A DNA stretch of 64,000 nucleotides from Infirmifilum sp. (GTDB lineage: Archaea > Thermoproteota > Thermoprotei > Thermofilales > Thermofilaceae): the NCBI GenBank assembly GCA_041287245.1, contig JBEULP010000003.1:96001-160000 (forward strand), written 5' to 3'. The position numbers and the translations under genes were made by a program. The stretch's first letter is position 1, and every line of letters starts with the position of its first letter. Shown here piece after piece: positions 29,147-38,865 of the stretch. Under the pieces are notes generated by a model, which did no database searches, was not told the DNA's origin, and saw only the letters and a program-made list of their open reading frames with translations.

Positions 29147-29250
29147 TGCGGGGGCCGGGATTCGAACCCGGGTAGGCCGACGCCAGCGGATCTTGAGTCT
29201 GGGCTTCCTCTAAGGAACCGCCCCCTTTGACCTAGCTCGGGCACCCCCGC
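29147..29250 (-). tRNA. tRNA-Leu(CAA) with 19-nt intron at 30/31 (29199-29217)
   Basis: GCGGGGG acceptor, long variable arm, GCGG[intron]A-CTCAAGA-TCCGC. Confidence 0.92.
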
Positions 29251-29294
29251 TCTAATATGAAGAGGTTTTACCTGTTTAAAAGCTCTTCGCGCGC

Positions 29295-30059
29295 CTAGAG
29301 TTTTCTCGCTGTTATAATGTAGCCTGTGTGAAGAACTCCAAGGGTCTGTGGGCGGAGCTCACCAGGGATTGGTTGATACTCCCTCATTATGAGTTCAGAG
29401 ACGTTTAACATTTTAAAACCTGCTTTTTTCACGGAATGTAGCGTTTTCTCGACCTGGGACGTAGTTGGGACGAAGACCGTGAAAGAACCTCCATTGGCGA
29501 GCTTTGAATAGGCTTCTTCGACGACCTCCCATGGAGAGGGGAGGTCTATCAGTACAGCGTCAACATCTTCCTCGTCAATGCCTTTCCTTATATCTTTATT
29601 TTTTGCTGTGACGTAAGGCAGTATCCCAAGCATTTCAAAGTTTTTTAGGGCCCGGTCATAGAAATCCTTGCGAATCTCATACGTGTACACGCGACCGCTT
29701 GGTCTAACATACCAGGCTAATATAGCTGTGAGGAATCCAGTCCCCGTACCGGCTTCTACCACAATGCTTCCAGGGCCTATTCCAGCCTCAATCAACATGT
29801 AGCCGAGGTCCTTTGGATAGATAACCTGCGTTGTACGCTGTATCTTCCAGAGTCGGTCGATGAAACTAGCCCTTGAGACCAAGATTTCTTCTCCCACGTT
29901 TGTCTTTACGACGCTTCCATAGGGCAGTCCGATTAGAGATGAAAGATCTATAGAGCCGTGAGTTGTGTGAAAAACCCTGCCCGGCTCTACCCGTACTGTA
30001 TAGCTTTTCTTCTCGTTGTAATAGAGTATAACCCAGTCTCCCTCTCTTATTATAGACAT
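29295..30059 (-). CDS. trmI: tRNA (adenine-N1)-methyltransferase TrmI
   Basis: TQVIYPKD, EAGTGTG, DLPSPW, HTGY; start MSII. Confidence 0.93.
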   Translation of the reverse strand: MSIIREGDWVILYYNEKKSYTVRVEPGRVFHTTHGSIDLSSLIGLPYGSVVKTNVGEEILVSRASFIDRLWKIQRTTQVIYPKDLGYMLIEAGIGPGSIVVEAGTGTGFLTAILAWYVRPSGRVYTYEIRKDFYDRALKNFEMLGILPYVTAKNKDIRKGIDEEDVDAVLIDLPSPWEVVEEAYSKLANGGSFTVFVPTTSQVEKTLHSVKKAGFKMLNVSELIMREYQPIPGELRPQTLGVLHTGYIITARKL

Positions 30060-30129
30060 GAAACACCAAATCCTTCCGAGCAAAGATAATTTTATAAGTT
30101 GTGCTGTGTGGGAATTGCAGGTGAAGTTA

Positions 30130-30588
30130 TTGGTAAATGCGAAGTATATACCCCCAAACATGCTGGTTGAAGAGCTGGCAAAGTATCTGAAGGAGAATGT
30201 GAAGGAGATACGGCCGCCAGAGTGGGCTTATTATGCAAAGACGGGGCCCACGAGGGAACGTGTACCCAGCGACCCCGAGTGGTGGTATAAAAGGTGTGCC
30301 GCGCTTCTGAGAAAGGTGTATATTTATGGGCCTGTGGGCATTGAGAGGCTGCGCACGGCGTACGGGGGAAGAACAAAGAATACAGTGAAGCGTAAACACT
30401 TCAGAAAGAGCGGAGGCGCAGCGATTAGAAAGGCGCTCCAGCAACTTGAAGCCGCAGGGCTAGTCACTAAGACCCCGAAGGGGAGGGTTTTGACCGATCG
30501 GGGCAGAGCGATCGTAGACAAAGTGGTCATCTCCGCGTTCAAGAGAATGGCTGAGGAAAGACCAGAGCTTAAAAAATACATAGAATAA
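30130..30588 (+). CDS. rps19e: 30S ribosomal protein S19e
   Basis: PEWA..KTG, WWYKRCAALLRKVY, ALQQLE; TTG start after GGTGA. Confidence 0.95.
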   Translation: MVNAKYIPPNMLVEELAKYLKENVKEIRPPEWAYYAKTGPTRERVPSDPEWWYKRCAALLRKVYIYGPVGIERLRTAYGGRTKNTVKRKHFRKSGGAAIRKALQQLEAAGLVTKTPKGRVLTDRGRAIVDKVVISAFKRMAEERPELKKYIE

Positions 30589-30637
30589 ACGAGCTGTTTT
30601 TATTAGCGTTCTGTGAAGATTATAGTAGGGTGATACT

Positions 30638-30985
30638 TTGAGTTACAGTGAAAATCCTGATGAGCTTGAGGAGATTAAACGGAGAAAACTTCTAGAGTAT
30701 CAAAGGCGACTAGAAGAATCTCAGAACGTCGAGGCACAGCGGGCTGCAGAGGAGGCAAAGCGGCAGGAAATATTGCGGAAAATACTAACGCCTGAGGCCC
30801 GTGCTAGGCTAGCAAATCTGAAGCTGGTTAAGCCCGAGCTGGTGGAGTCTCTAGAGCTACAGCTCATTCAGCTTGCCTCGACGGGGTCTATCCGGCTACC
30901 TATAGATGACGAGGTGCTTAAACAACTGCTGGCTAGACTATCTTCATCCCGCCGCGACATAAAGGTGCGGGTGAACTTCGGCTAA
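30638..30985 (+). CDS. PDCD5-like DNA-binding protein
   Basis: ILTPEARARL, VKPE, LIQLA; usual position after rps19e. Confidence 0.92.
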   Translation: MSYSENPDELEEIKRRKLLEYQRRLEESQNVEAQRAAEEAKRQEILRKILTPEARARLANLKLVKPELVESLELQLIQLASTGSIRLPIDDEVLKQLLARLSSSRRDIKVRVNFG

Positions 30986-31048
30986 CCTACTCCCTGCGCG
31001 CAAAGTTTTTTTAAGCTGGACAAGTTGAGCTGAAAAGGGGAGTTGAGC

Positions 31049-31201
31049 ATGGCGCATAACAAACCTTTCGGGAAAAAGGTGAGGTTGGTCGCGGCTGTGA
31101 GAGAGAACCAGCAAGTACCTATTTGGGTTATTTCGAAGACCCTTGGTAAGATGCGTAGAAAGCCCAGACGCAACTGGCGTCGGAGCCGCATGCAGCTGTA
31201 G
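31049..31201 (+). CDS. rpl39e: 50S ribosomal protein L39e (not in ORF track)
   Basis: Manual translation MAHNKPFGKKVRL...VPIWV...RRNWRRSRMQL. Confidence 0.95.
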   Translation: MAHNKPFGKKVRLVAAVRENQQVPIWVISKTLGKMRRKPRRNWRRSRMQL

Positions 31202-31211
31202 GTGAGCCGTT

Positions 31212-31508
31212 ATGCCGAAGCTCCAGGAGGGGGAGAACGTCTTCAACATTGTTATACCTCTACGAGACGCCTATAGGGCTCCGCGGAAAAAGAGGGCTAA
31301 AGTTGCGGTACGTCTAGTGAGAGAGTGGGTGGCCCGGCACTTTCACATCACTGGGAGAATCAAGATTGGAAACAAACTTAACGAACTAATATGGAACAGG
31401 AGCATTGAGGCCCCTCCAAAGAGAGTGGCTGTTACCGTCAAGGTAAGCGTCGAGGAGGGTGAGCCCGTAGAAGCCGAGGTAGACCTTGCCTCCAAAGAGG
31501 AACAGTAA
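31212..31508 (+). CDS. rpl31e: 50S ribosomal protein L31e
   Basis: IPLR..PRKKRA, LNELIW, PPKRV. Confidence 0.94.
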   Translation: MPKLQEGENVFNIVIPLRDAYRAPRKKRAKVAVRLVREWVARHFHITGRIKIGNKLNELIWNRSIEAPPKRVAVTVKVSVEEGEPVEAEVDLASKEEQ

Positions 31509-31518
31509 GGGCTTTTAT

Positions 31519-32190
31519 ATGTCTACTGTTGAACTAGCAGAAATCTACGGCACATCCCAAGTTGGAGTTTTTATTTTTACAAACGACGAATATGCGTTGA
31601 TCCCAGTTGACGTTCCATCTAAGCTTGAAGACAAGATTATGGAGACGTTAAAAGTCGAGGTTCATAAGACTACGATGGTCGGTTCAAGGCTCCTGGGCGT
31701 GTTGATCGCCGGAAACAATAGTGGTGTTGTACTACCCTACAGCGCCTTGGAGGGTGAGATTCAATTAATCAAAAGCCTAGGGCTTAACGTCGCCGTGCTA
31801 GACGATGTTAAGTTAACGGGCCTCGGCAACCTGATATTAGCTAATGATAAGGGATGCCTGGTGAGCCCGCTCCTACCTCAAAACGCTGTTAATACTATAT
31901 CCGAGGTACTAAACGTTGAGTGTATTGTCGGGGGGGTCGGGGGGAGCCCATTCGCGGGGTCACTCGGTGTCGTGACTAATAGGGGCCTTGCTCTCCCTCC
32001 CTTTGTCTCGGATGATGATATGAAAGACCTCGAGTCGCTGTTTAAAGTCCAAGCCGGGCTTCTAACGGTGAACAAGGGGCGGATGTTCTTAAGATCGGGT
32101 CTGGTTGCAAACAGCAAAGGCGCGATCGCAGGGGTTGACACGACAGGCTACGAGTTGATGCAGATCCAGAGAATCCTCTTTCCCACTTAA
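31519..32190 (+). CDS. eif6: translation initiation factor aIF6
   Basis: GNLILANDKG, TVNKG, GLVANSKG, TTGYEL. Confidence 0.94.
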   Translation: MSTVELAEIYGTSQVGVFIFTNDEYALIPVDVPSKLEDKIMETLKVEVHKTTMVGSRLLGVLIAGNNSGVVLPYSALEGEIQLIKSLGLNVAVLDDVKLTGLGNLILANDKGCLVSPLLPQNAVNTISEVLNVECIVGGVGGSPFAGSLGVVTNRGLALPPFVSDDDMKDLESLFKVQAGLLTVNKGRMFLRSGLVANSKGAIAGVDTTGYELMQIQRILFPT

Positions 32191-33890
32191 GGACGATGAT
32201 AATTTTTTGCTTCTAGAGAAAACCGTCTTTTAATATAATACTGCACGTTGGGGGGAAGCTCTTCAAACCTATTTTCTCTAATCTTCTCGAGGTACTCCCT
32301 AGCGTGGCTACCGAAGAGCTTAATAAATGCTTCGGGATTGTCCTGTGAAAGCGGAAATACTACTCCAAGGAGGCTCCTAGCCTTGTGGCCGTAGATAACG
32401 CAGTCTACTCTACTCCCAATTCTTCCATAATTCAAGAATACGGTTACCGGGTAGCTTCCCGTTGGGCGGGCGGCATATTTTCCCTCTGCTGTGCTCTCAA
32501 CGTAGCAGCGTCTCACAACAGTCCCCGGCGGAAACACTCTCCTCATCATTTTGACGTCAAAGTTCTCGCGAACCCACTTTTTGAAGCCCGTAATATATTT
32601 CGAGTGTTTTCGGGCTATCTTATCCCCAACTTCCCACATAGGCGTCCCAGGGAGAGGTAGAACTTCCCTGATGTTAACCCTCCTGATCAGCAAGTTCGAC
32701 TGTAGTATCTCTTGGAGGAACTCTTTATTCAACATGAACGTCTTCGCGGTTTCACCCTTCAAGCCGAGCACAAAATTAATCCCGGGGAGAAGCTCTGGCA
32801 AGCCGTTCCAACCGCGTCGAGCTCCAACCATGTTGATTATCCTAATAGCCTTCATAACATCCTCAGGGGTGTTTCCAAGATTATTAGCGCGGGCAACCTG
32901 GGGATCGACGCTTTCAACGCCGAGTGCCGCGACGTCTCCCGGTGTGTGATACTTGATTATCACTTTTAGGGCTTTGATGGCTTTTTCCTCATGCAAGGCT
33001 ATGCTCATGGGGTTTACGTTGTCTATGTGTAGTGTCTCGACGCTGGGAGCCGCGCCTCTGATCAGCGAAAACAGCTTTTCAAGTTCCTCAGGGCTGGGCT
33101 CTGGAAATTCTACCTCGTTTAACCCTTTACTCTTGTAGACTAGAAGGTCGCTTTGTCTTCCAATCCTAAAAGCCCTAACTCCAAGCTCGTAGAGAGCCTT
33201 AACCTCTCTAGCCACAGCCTCTTGCTCGCGCCAGTAGACTCTGCCTAGACGGGGCTCGATGCAAAAGGAGCAGCCGCCTGTAAGCCATCGGGAGCACCCG
33301 CGGAATGTCTCGAGCTCAACCGTTAAGTTGAACCCGTAGTTGGGGTGTTGCGTTATAATATGTGCTCCTATAACGGCGAACTTGTCGATAAGGGAATAGT
33401 CTGTGGAGGGCTTGAAACGGTTGACTTTCTCGACGCTCTTTTCAACCATTAGATCATGGATGATGAGCGCGGGGTCCCCCCTTATGACGAGGTCATACGC
33501 GTCTTCTAGGAGTTGTGGCGTTATTGCCCTTTTGCCCCCCTTTATTGCTGTACCGAAGCGCGCGATAGGGCCGGCTAGAATCTTTAAGGGGTGTTCGTAT
33601 TTTCTGGGAATATTGAGGATCTCCTCGGGGGTTATAGGCTTGCCTACGAGGTATCTGCCTGGGACAACGATGCCGCCGACAATTATTAGTATGTCTGACT
33701 TCGCGACTAAGCTTGAGATTTTTTCCTCGTTTATTCTATACTTGTCCACTGTAAAATAATAAATTTTTGCTGTTTTCTCGGCATACCAGATTGCGCCGGC
33801 GATGTAGCGTGGATAAACATCGATATAGGGTGGCACTCCGAGACCAGCCGGCTCGTCGGTGTAGCCATCAATTATGGTTACAGTGGTCAC
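32187..33890 (-). CDS. radical SAM protein (COG1031-like)
   Basis: IIDGYTDEPAGLGVPPY, RGC...CSFC, LHIDNVNP, RRVNIREV. Confidence 0.85.
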   Translation of the reverse strand: MTTVTIIDGYTDEPAGLGVPPYIDVYPRYIAGAIWYAEKTAKIYYFTVDKYRINEEKISSLVAKSDILIIVGGIVVPGRYLVGKPITPEEILNIPRKYEHPLKILAGPIARFGTAIKGGKRAITPQLLEDAYDLVIRGDPALIIHDLMVEKSVEKVNRFKPSTDYSLIDKFAVIGAHIITQHPNYGFNLTVELETFRGCSRWLTGGCSFCIEPRLGRVYWREQEAVAREVKALYELGVRAFRIGRQSDLLVYKSKGLNEVEFPEPSPEELEKLFSLIRGAAPSVETLHIDNVNPMSIALHEEKAIKALKVIIKYHTPGDVAALGVESVDPQVARANNLGNTPEDVMKAIRIINMVGARRGWNGLPELLPGINFVLGLKGETAKTFMLNKEFLQEILQSNLLIRRVNIREVLPLPGTPMWEVGDKIARKHSKYITGFKKWVRENFDVKMMRRVFPPGTVVRRCYVESTAEGKYAARPTGSYPVTVFLNYGRIGSRVDCVIYGHKARSLLGVVFPLSQDNPEAFIKLFGSHAREYLEKIRENRFEELPPNVQYYIKRRFSLEAKNYHRP

Positions 33891-33942
33891 GCTTGACAGC
33901 CGTGATTTTTACTGGGAGCTTTAAAGCTTTTTCGCGCGCGGG

Positions 33943-34902
33943 TTAAAGTGGAGGGTTCCATCCCCAGCCGCTTATCCAGCCACTCCTTTTTACTGCGCCG
34001 TATCCTTTGAGGTAGACGCCTTCTCCCTCTCTAATCTTGCCCAGAATAGTTGCGCTGAGCTGGCTAATTATCCATTCATGCTCGGGGGGGACGGTGAAGA
34101 TAAAGTTGTACTCTTCTCCGCTGAGATAGAGGGCTCGTTCAAGCGCTTCTTTCTCGCTATAATATTCTAGCAATGGCTTATAAACCGGGACTTCATCCAG
34201 CTCTATTCTCACGTTGGAGCTGGTAGCTAGATAATGGAGCTCTAGCGCTAGCCCGTCGCTGTTGTCTATAGAAGAGGTTATAAGGTTTGTATATTCAAGC
34301 CACTTCTCGAGTGGAGGCCACTTTGGCTTTAACCATGTCTTAAGAGCCGCCGGTAAGATTGGGGGGCTAGGAGCTCCATTAATTGTCTCATAGATTACGC
34401 TTGAAGTCCCGAAATCCCCCGTGGCTGCTATAAGATCACCGGGTTTTGCTCCACGCCGTGAAAGTATTTTACCCGCAGGAGCTCCAACGCTTACTACCTC
34501 AGCTCTAAAGACATCGTCTTCTGTAACGTCTGTGTCCCCTCCTAGGTAGGTCGCGTTAAGCTCCTTTGTGGCCGTTAAAACTCCCCTGATAAACTCCTTA
34601 AGGGCTTCTAAGTTGAAGTTCCTGGGTATGCGAAGTGCTATAAGCACTGCTAGAGGCCTAGCGCCTTTTACAATCACATCGCTTATGGATCCATAGCTTG
34701 CCCGTAGACCTGCAGAGTATGCGTCTAGTATGGGAGGCCAGTGTAGCCTGCCGTCGAACGCGTCTACGTTAACTATTATCCTCCTATTATCTGGCAGATC
34801 GATGGCTACAGCGTCACTTGGAAAAATTTGAAGAGTTCGCGTAATCCACTTGACAATAATATCTTCACTAAGCACGAGTCCCCCGTCTTCGCAAGGTTTC
34901 AT
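33943..34902 (-). CDS. thiL: thiamine-monophosphate kinase
   Basis: SDVIVKGA, GGDT, DNSDGL, GEEY. Confidence 0.85.
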   Translation of the reverse strand: MKPCEDGGLVLSEDIIVKWITRTLQIFPSDAVAIDLPDNRRIIVNVDAFDGRLHWPPILDAYSAGLRASYGSISDVIVKGARPLAVLIALRIPRNFNLEALKEFIRGVLTATKELNATYLGGDTDVTEDDVFRAEVVSVGAPAGKILSRRGAKPGDLIAATGDFGTSSVIYETINGAPSPPILPAALKTWLKPKWPPLEKWLEYTNLITSSIDNSDGLALELHYLATSSNVRIELDEVPVYKPLLEYYSEKEALERALYLSGEEYNFIFTVPPEHEWIISQLSATILGKIREGEGVYLKGYGAVKRSGWISGWGWNPPL

Positions 34903-35110
34903 ATATAATGAAAGTAGAGGTTAATAGGAAGAGTAAAAGGATGAGTATTCGCATATACTGAGCGTATGTTTGGGAGGAGCCGGCTTCCCAGTTCATTATG
35001 TAAGCAAAAACCTTATAGGAATAATATGCGCTGGCGACAAGGATTACTATTGTGAGAGCGCCTAGGAACTGGCGAAAGTAACGAATGTATTCTCCGCTCA
35101 AGTTTTTCAC
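34868..35110 (-). CDS. small two-helix membrane protein
   Basis: Two hydrophobic stretches, GAGGT-like SD, overlaps thiL start. Confidence 0.55.
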   Translation of the reverse strand: MKNLSGEYIRYFRQFLGALTIVILVASAYYSYKVFAYIMNWEAGSSQTYAQYMRILILLLFLLTSTFIIYETLRRRGTRA

Positions 35111-35211
35111 CTTTCTCTCTGAACCTCCATAAATATTAAAGGTTTCTATTCTCTAATCTCTCAAGCGCGTTGAAAAACTTTTTTACCACGCATGGCTACC
35201 GCTCACGCAGA

Positions 35212-36978
35212 ATGGAAGATTTGACTGTGCGGATACGAGAGGTTTTTCCCTACGAGAACCCCCGTAAGGGGCAGCTAGAGCTAGCTAGACTGGTTTATGA
35301 GAGTATAATGGAGTCTAAGATACTGCTTGTTAGATACCCGGTGGGTATTGGAAAGACTGCTGCTATACTTGCTGGTAGTTTAGCCTCTGAGGCGCCGCGC
35401 ATAATCTACCTTGCCCACACCAAGAGTCAGTTCCAGGCGCCGTTACGAGAGATCGCTAGGCTTGAAGAAAGAGGCATTGAAGTTCCAGTGGTAACTCTTA
35501 CGAGTAAGAAAGACCTGTGTCTCCTACCCCGTACGTTATTGCGTGAAATGGATCAAAAACGTTTCCTGAGGTTTTGTGCAAGGAAAACCTTGAGTGGAGA
35601 GTGTCCTTTTAAAGTATCAAAATGTAGTTGCAATCTACCAAATGTCTTGACAACGAGCATTCTTCGCAAAATTGGTCGGGAGATGGGCGTGTGTCCATAT
35701 GAGATCGCATGGGAGGCGGTTAGAAGCGCTAAGCTGATAGTTGCCTCTTACGTCTATCTTTTCGACCCACGCCTTTCAGAGTTGCTTGTGAAGCGGGGGG
35801 GAGTGAGTTTCTCAGAGAGTATCGTGATAGTAGACGAGGCACATAATTTGACTAGGTTTATCTCGGAGAGCCTTAGCAGCGAACTTCAGATCGGAGTTAT
35901 AAAAGCAGCTATACGGGAGGTTCAAAGGTATGGTTCGCAGGAGGAGAGTTTCGTAGCAGACGCGTTAACCAGGCTTTCATCATTACTTAAAAAGAAGGCC
36001 TCAGACGATGGAAGTGAGATTCCCGTCGAGCTATTCCTAGAAATTGCTCCGCACTCTTCTACTCTCTCTAGGGTGGCGGCAGTCATAGAAGGTAGAATGG
36101 GGGGCTTCCCGAAGATATGGCAAGTGGCAGACTTTGTTGGTGAAGTTGAAAATATGCCAAGCGACTCCGTCTTGCTTGCGGTTCGCCAGGACGTCGATGC
36201 TGCATTTAAAACCTTCTTCTTTAATGTCCCGCGGATAGCAAGGAGAGTTTTCGAGTCTGTGAAAGCGGCGGTCATGCTTTCAGCAACCCTCCCGCCAAAG
36301 GAATACTACGTTGCTGTTCTAGGGATTAATGAGAAGAGGCTAAAGGAAGCCTCTTATCCTTTCACATGGGGCGAGAATGTTACTCTAATTATACATAAGG
36401 GAATTTCGTCTAGATATGCTGAGAGAACACCCGAGCTTTATAGGCGCTACGCTAAACTCATCGACGAGGTTTTTAGCGATCCGGAAACTGAACATCTAAT
36501 GGTTGTTTTTCCCTCATACAGCTTTATGTTAGAGACGTATCCTTTTGTTTTTTCTAAGCCGAGGTTCCTTGAAAAACACGATACGCAGATCGAAGAGGTT
36601 CTTGAGTTTCTTGCTTCACACGAGAAATGCCTAGTTATGATGACGGCATGGGGGAAGTTTTCAGAGGGAGTTGAATTCAGGGTACTGCGGAGAAACCTTA
36701 TAGATACTATAATCATAGCCGGGCTACCTGTTCCACCGCCTTCGCCTGTCAACCAGAAACTCGTGGAGCGTCTTAAGAGTACTGCGGGAAATAAAGAGTG
36801 GGCGTGGAAACAGATATACCTTTATCCAGCATTAATGAGGGTTCTCCAGATTATAGGGCGTGGTGTAAGGACAGAGTCAGATAGAGTAAGAGTGTATCTG
36901 CTGGATGAGAGAGCCGCGGAGGACGAGTCTTTAAGATTTTTAGAAGACTATGGCCTGAGCTTCTCGATTATAGGCTAG
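35212..36978 (+). CDS. xpd: XPD/Rad3-family Fe-S DNA helicase
   Basis: Q motif RKGQ, PVGIGKT, Fe-S cysteines incl. CPY, DEAH, SAT, QIIGRGVR. Confidence 0.88.
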   Translation: MEDLTVRIREVFPYENPRKGQLELARLVYESIMESKILLVRYPVGIGKTAAILAGSLASEAPRIIYLAHTKSQFQAPLREIARLEERGIEVPVVTLTSKKDLCLLPRTLLREMDQKRFLRFCARKTLSGECPFKVSKCSCNLPNVLTTSILRKIGREMGVCPYEIAWEAVRSAKLIVASYVYLFDPRLSELLVKRGGVSFSESIVIVDEAHNLTRFISESLSSELQIGVIKAAIREVQRYGSQEESFVADALTRLSSLLKKKASDDGSEIPVELFLEIAPHSSTLSRVAAVIEGRMGGFPKIWQVADFVGEVENMPSDSVLLAVRQDVDAAFKTFFFNVPRIARRVFESVKAAVMLSATLPPKEYYVAVLGINEKRLKEASYPFTWGENVTLIIHKGISSRYAERTPELYRRYAKLIDEVFSDPETEHLMVVFPSYSFMLETYPFVFSKPRFLEKHDTQIEEVLEFLASHEKCLVMMTAWGKFSEGVEFRVLRRNLIDTIIIAGLPVPPPSPVNQKLVERLKSTAGNKEWAWKQIYLYPALMRVLQIIGRGVRTESDRVRVYLLDERAAEDESLRFLEDYGLSFSIIG

Positions 36979-36982
36979 CGCG

Positions 36983-37612
36983 CTAGCCGAGACCTTCAAC
37001 GTTTGCGTGTCTCCTCTTAAGATCTTCCTCTGCTATGCCTAAAAGATTCATAAGGGCATAGACGACCCCGTCAAAAAATATCATTGTTGTATCCTCGAAA
37101 AGCGTTCCCAAAGGAGCCAGCGGCTCGTACAGACCCATGACTTGCCGTGCGAAGTAGTCTGTTTCCGTAGCAACCTTAGTTCGTCCAGGTATTTTTACAA
37201 TGAAATCGCTTATCTTGCCTAGGGGGGAGTCTTCAAAAGAGGTAACTGCCACAACTGTAGCTCTAGCTCTCTTGGCCGCAGACGCCACTGAAAGGACAAT
37301 CTGCGTGCTACCAGAGCCAGAAACCGCGATTAACACGTCGTTTTCCTTGACAGAGGGAGTGATAGTTTCTCCTACAACGTAGACGTCGAATCCAAGATGC
37401 ATGAGTCTCATAGCGAAAGCCTTAGCTACAAGGCCGCTGCGGCCAGCCCCAACTACTAGAATCTTGTTCTTATTGGCGAGAGCAGAAGTGAGTATTTTGA
37501 GAAAACGGGTGGTCATGTCGGAATCAATCTGTTTAGACGCCTGGGTGACGAATTCGGCGATACTTTCCATGGCTTTTCTAACGTCTTCACTCACACTTTT
37601 GAAATACGCCAT
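36983..37612 (-). CDS. hxlB: 6-phospho-3-hexuloisomerase
   Basis: GAGRSG, FAMRLMHLG, SGSGST, PLGTLFE, RHANVE. Confidence 0.92.
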   Translation of the reverse strand: MAYFKSVSEDVRKAMESIAEFVTQASKQIDSDMTTRFLKILTSALANKNKILVVGAGRSGLVAKAFAMRLMHLGFDVYVVGETITPSVKENDVLIAVSGSGSTQIVLSVASAAKRARATVVAVTSFEDSPLGKISDFIVKIPGRTKVATETDYFARQVMGLYEPLAPLGTLFEDTTMIFFDGVVYALMNLLGIAEEDLKRRHANVEGLG

Positions 37613-37636
37613 GTAGAAAAAGTTTTTGTTTATCCT

Positions 37637-38107
37637 CTAATCTATCTTGATTTTAGTATCCTCCTTTATAACTCTGAGAACATACATTGTCTTCGTGTTT
37701 TCAACTCCGTCGATACTTCCTATCTCGTCGATCAGTTTTGCAAGCTCTTCCTTATTCCTCACCCTAACCTTTAGTATCGTAGAATACTCGCCAGTAACGT
37801 CAAATATCTCGTACACCTCAGGCATCTTCTCGAGCTGCTTAAGAACCTGGCCGTACTTCTGAGGCACTGCTACAACAGCTATTATGGCTGTAACTTTTTT
37901 CCCAACCTTCTCAGGATCCACGACAGCCTGAAACCTTTTAATGATGCCGGCATTTACAAGCTTCCTAATTCTAAGGTGTACCGTTGCCTCGGAAATCCCA
38001 AGCTGGTTGGCGATTTGTGAATAGGGAGTCTTAGCATTGTCTTGCATTATATCTAAGATTTTTTTGTCGATATGGTCAAGTTTTCCCTCAGGAATCTGTT
38101 CGCTCAT
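37637..38107 (-). CDS. Lrp/AsnC transcriptional regulator
   Basis: LDHIDKKIL...ISEATVHLRIRKL HTH; VTGEY RAM domain. Confidence 0.92.
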   Translation of the reverse strand: MSEQIPEGKLDHIDKKILDIMQDNAKTPYSQIANQLGISEATVHLRIRKLVNAGIIKRFQAVVDPEKVGKKVTAIIAVVAVPQKYGQVLKQLEKMPEVYEIFDVTGEYSTILKVRVRNKEELAKLIDEIGSIDGVENTKTMYVLRVIKEDTKIKID

Positions 38108-38495
38108 AATTTCACCAAAATAATCTCGCATAACTGGTTAAAAAATTTTTACTTGGAATAGCCAACCCCGTTTTTTAGAGAACACTCTCCTTACAAGCGA
38201 ATAAGGTTAAATATATTCACAATAACCTGGGTTCTGGGCTATGCGTGCCCGCTACACATAGCCCTTGGGGTTCGTTAGCCTTCTCCTCTTTCAGGGTGAG
38301 CCCCTTCAAGCCTTCATCAGCTTGTCAAAGAGCTCCGGGATTGGTGAAAGCCCCTCAATCGCGCGCCCACACCACAAAAGAGGAACATAGGGACAGGCTC
38401 TACAAGCTTATAACGGAGCTACATCTCCTGTGGCAGAGCTACAAGAATAAAAACATTTATTTCTCTCACTCGAATTTTTTACGCTAGAAGAAAAG

Positions 38496-38607
<112 letters not shown>

Positions 38608-38614
38608 TTGCATT

Positions 38615-38860
38615 TTATGTTGGTGTGAGAGAGTCGACGTGTTCTAGCAACCGGACGAGTCTCAAGACCTCATTGACTATGCCTTTGACTTCTCCTATCT
38701 TCTTGGGATGAAATACCAGCACGTAGTTTACTGTTTCACCAATTTTTTCTGAGAATATCTTTATGGTTTCTGTGCTGTAGTCGTCGACCTTCAAAGCCTC
38801 GTAGATTGCATCTGAAACTGGTAGTTCAAGTGTTATTTTTATCTGATTTATCATTTGCAT
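38615..38860 (-). CDS. second Pcc1-like KEOPS paralog
   Basis: 81 aa, AIYEALKVDD...VNEVLRLV; conserved position after rps15-DHH. Confidence 0.6.
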   Translation of the reverse strand: MQMINQIKITLELPVSDAIYEALKVDDYSTETIKIFSEKIGETVNYVLVFHPKKIGEVKGIVNEVLRLVRLLEHVDSLTPT

Positions 38861-38865
38861 CTCAC

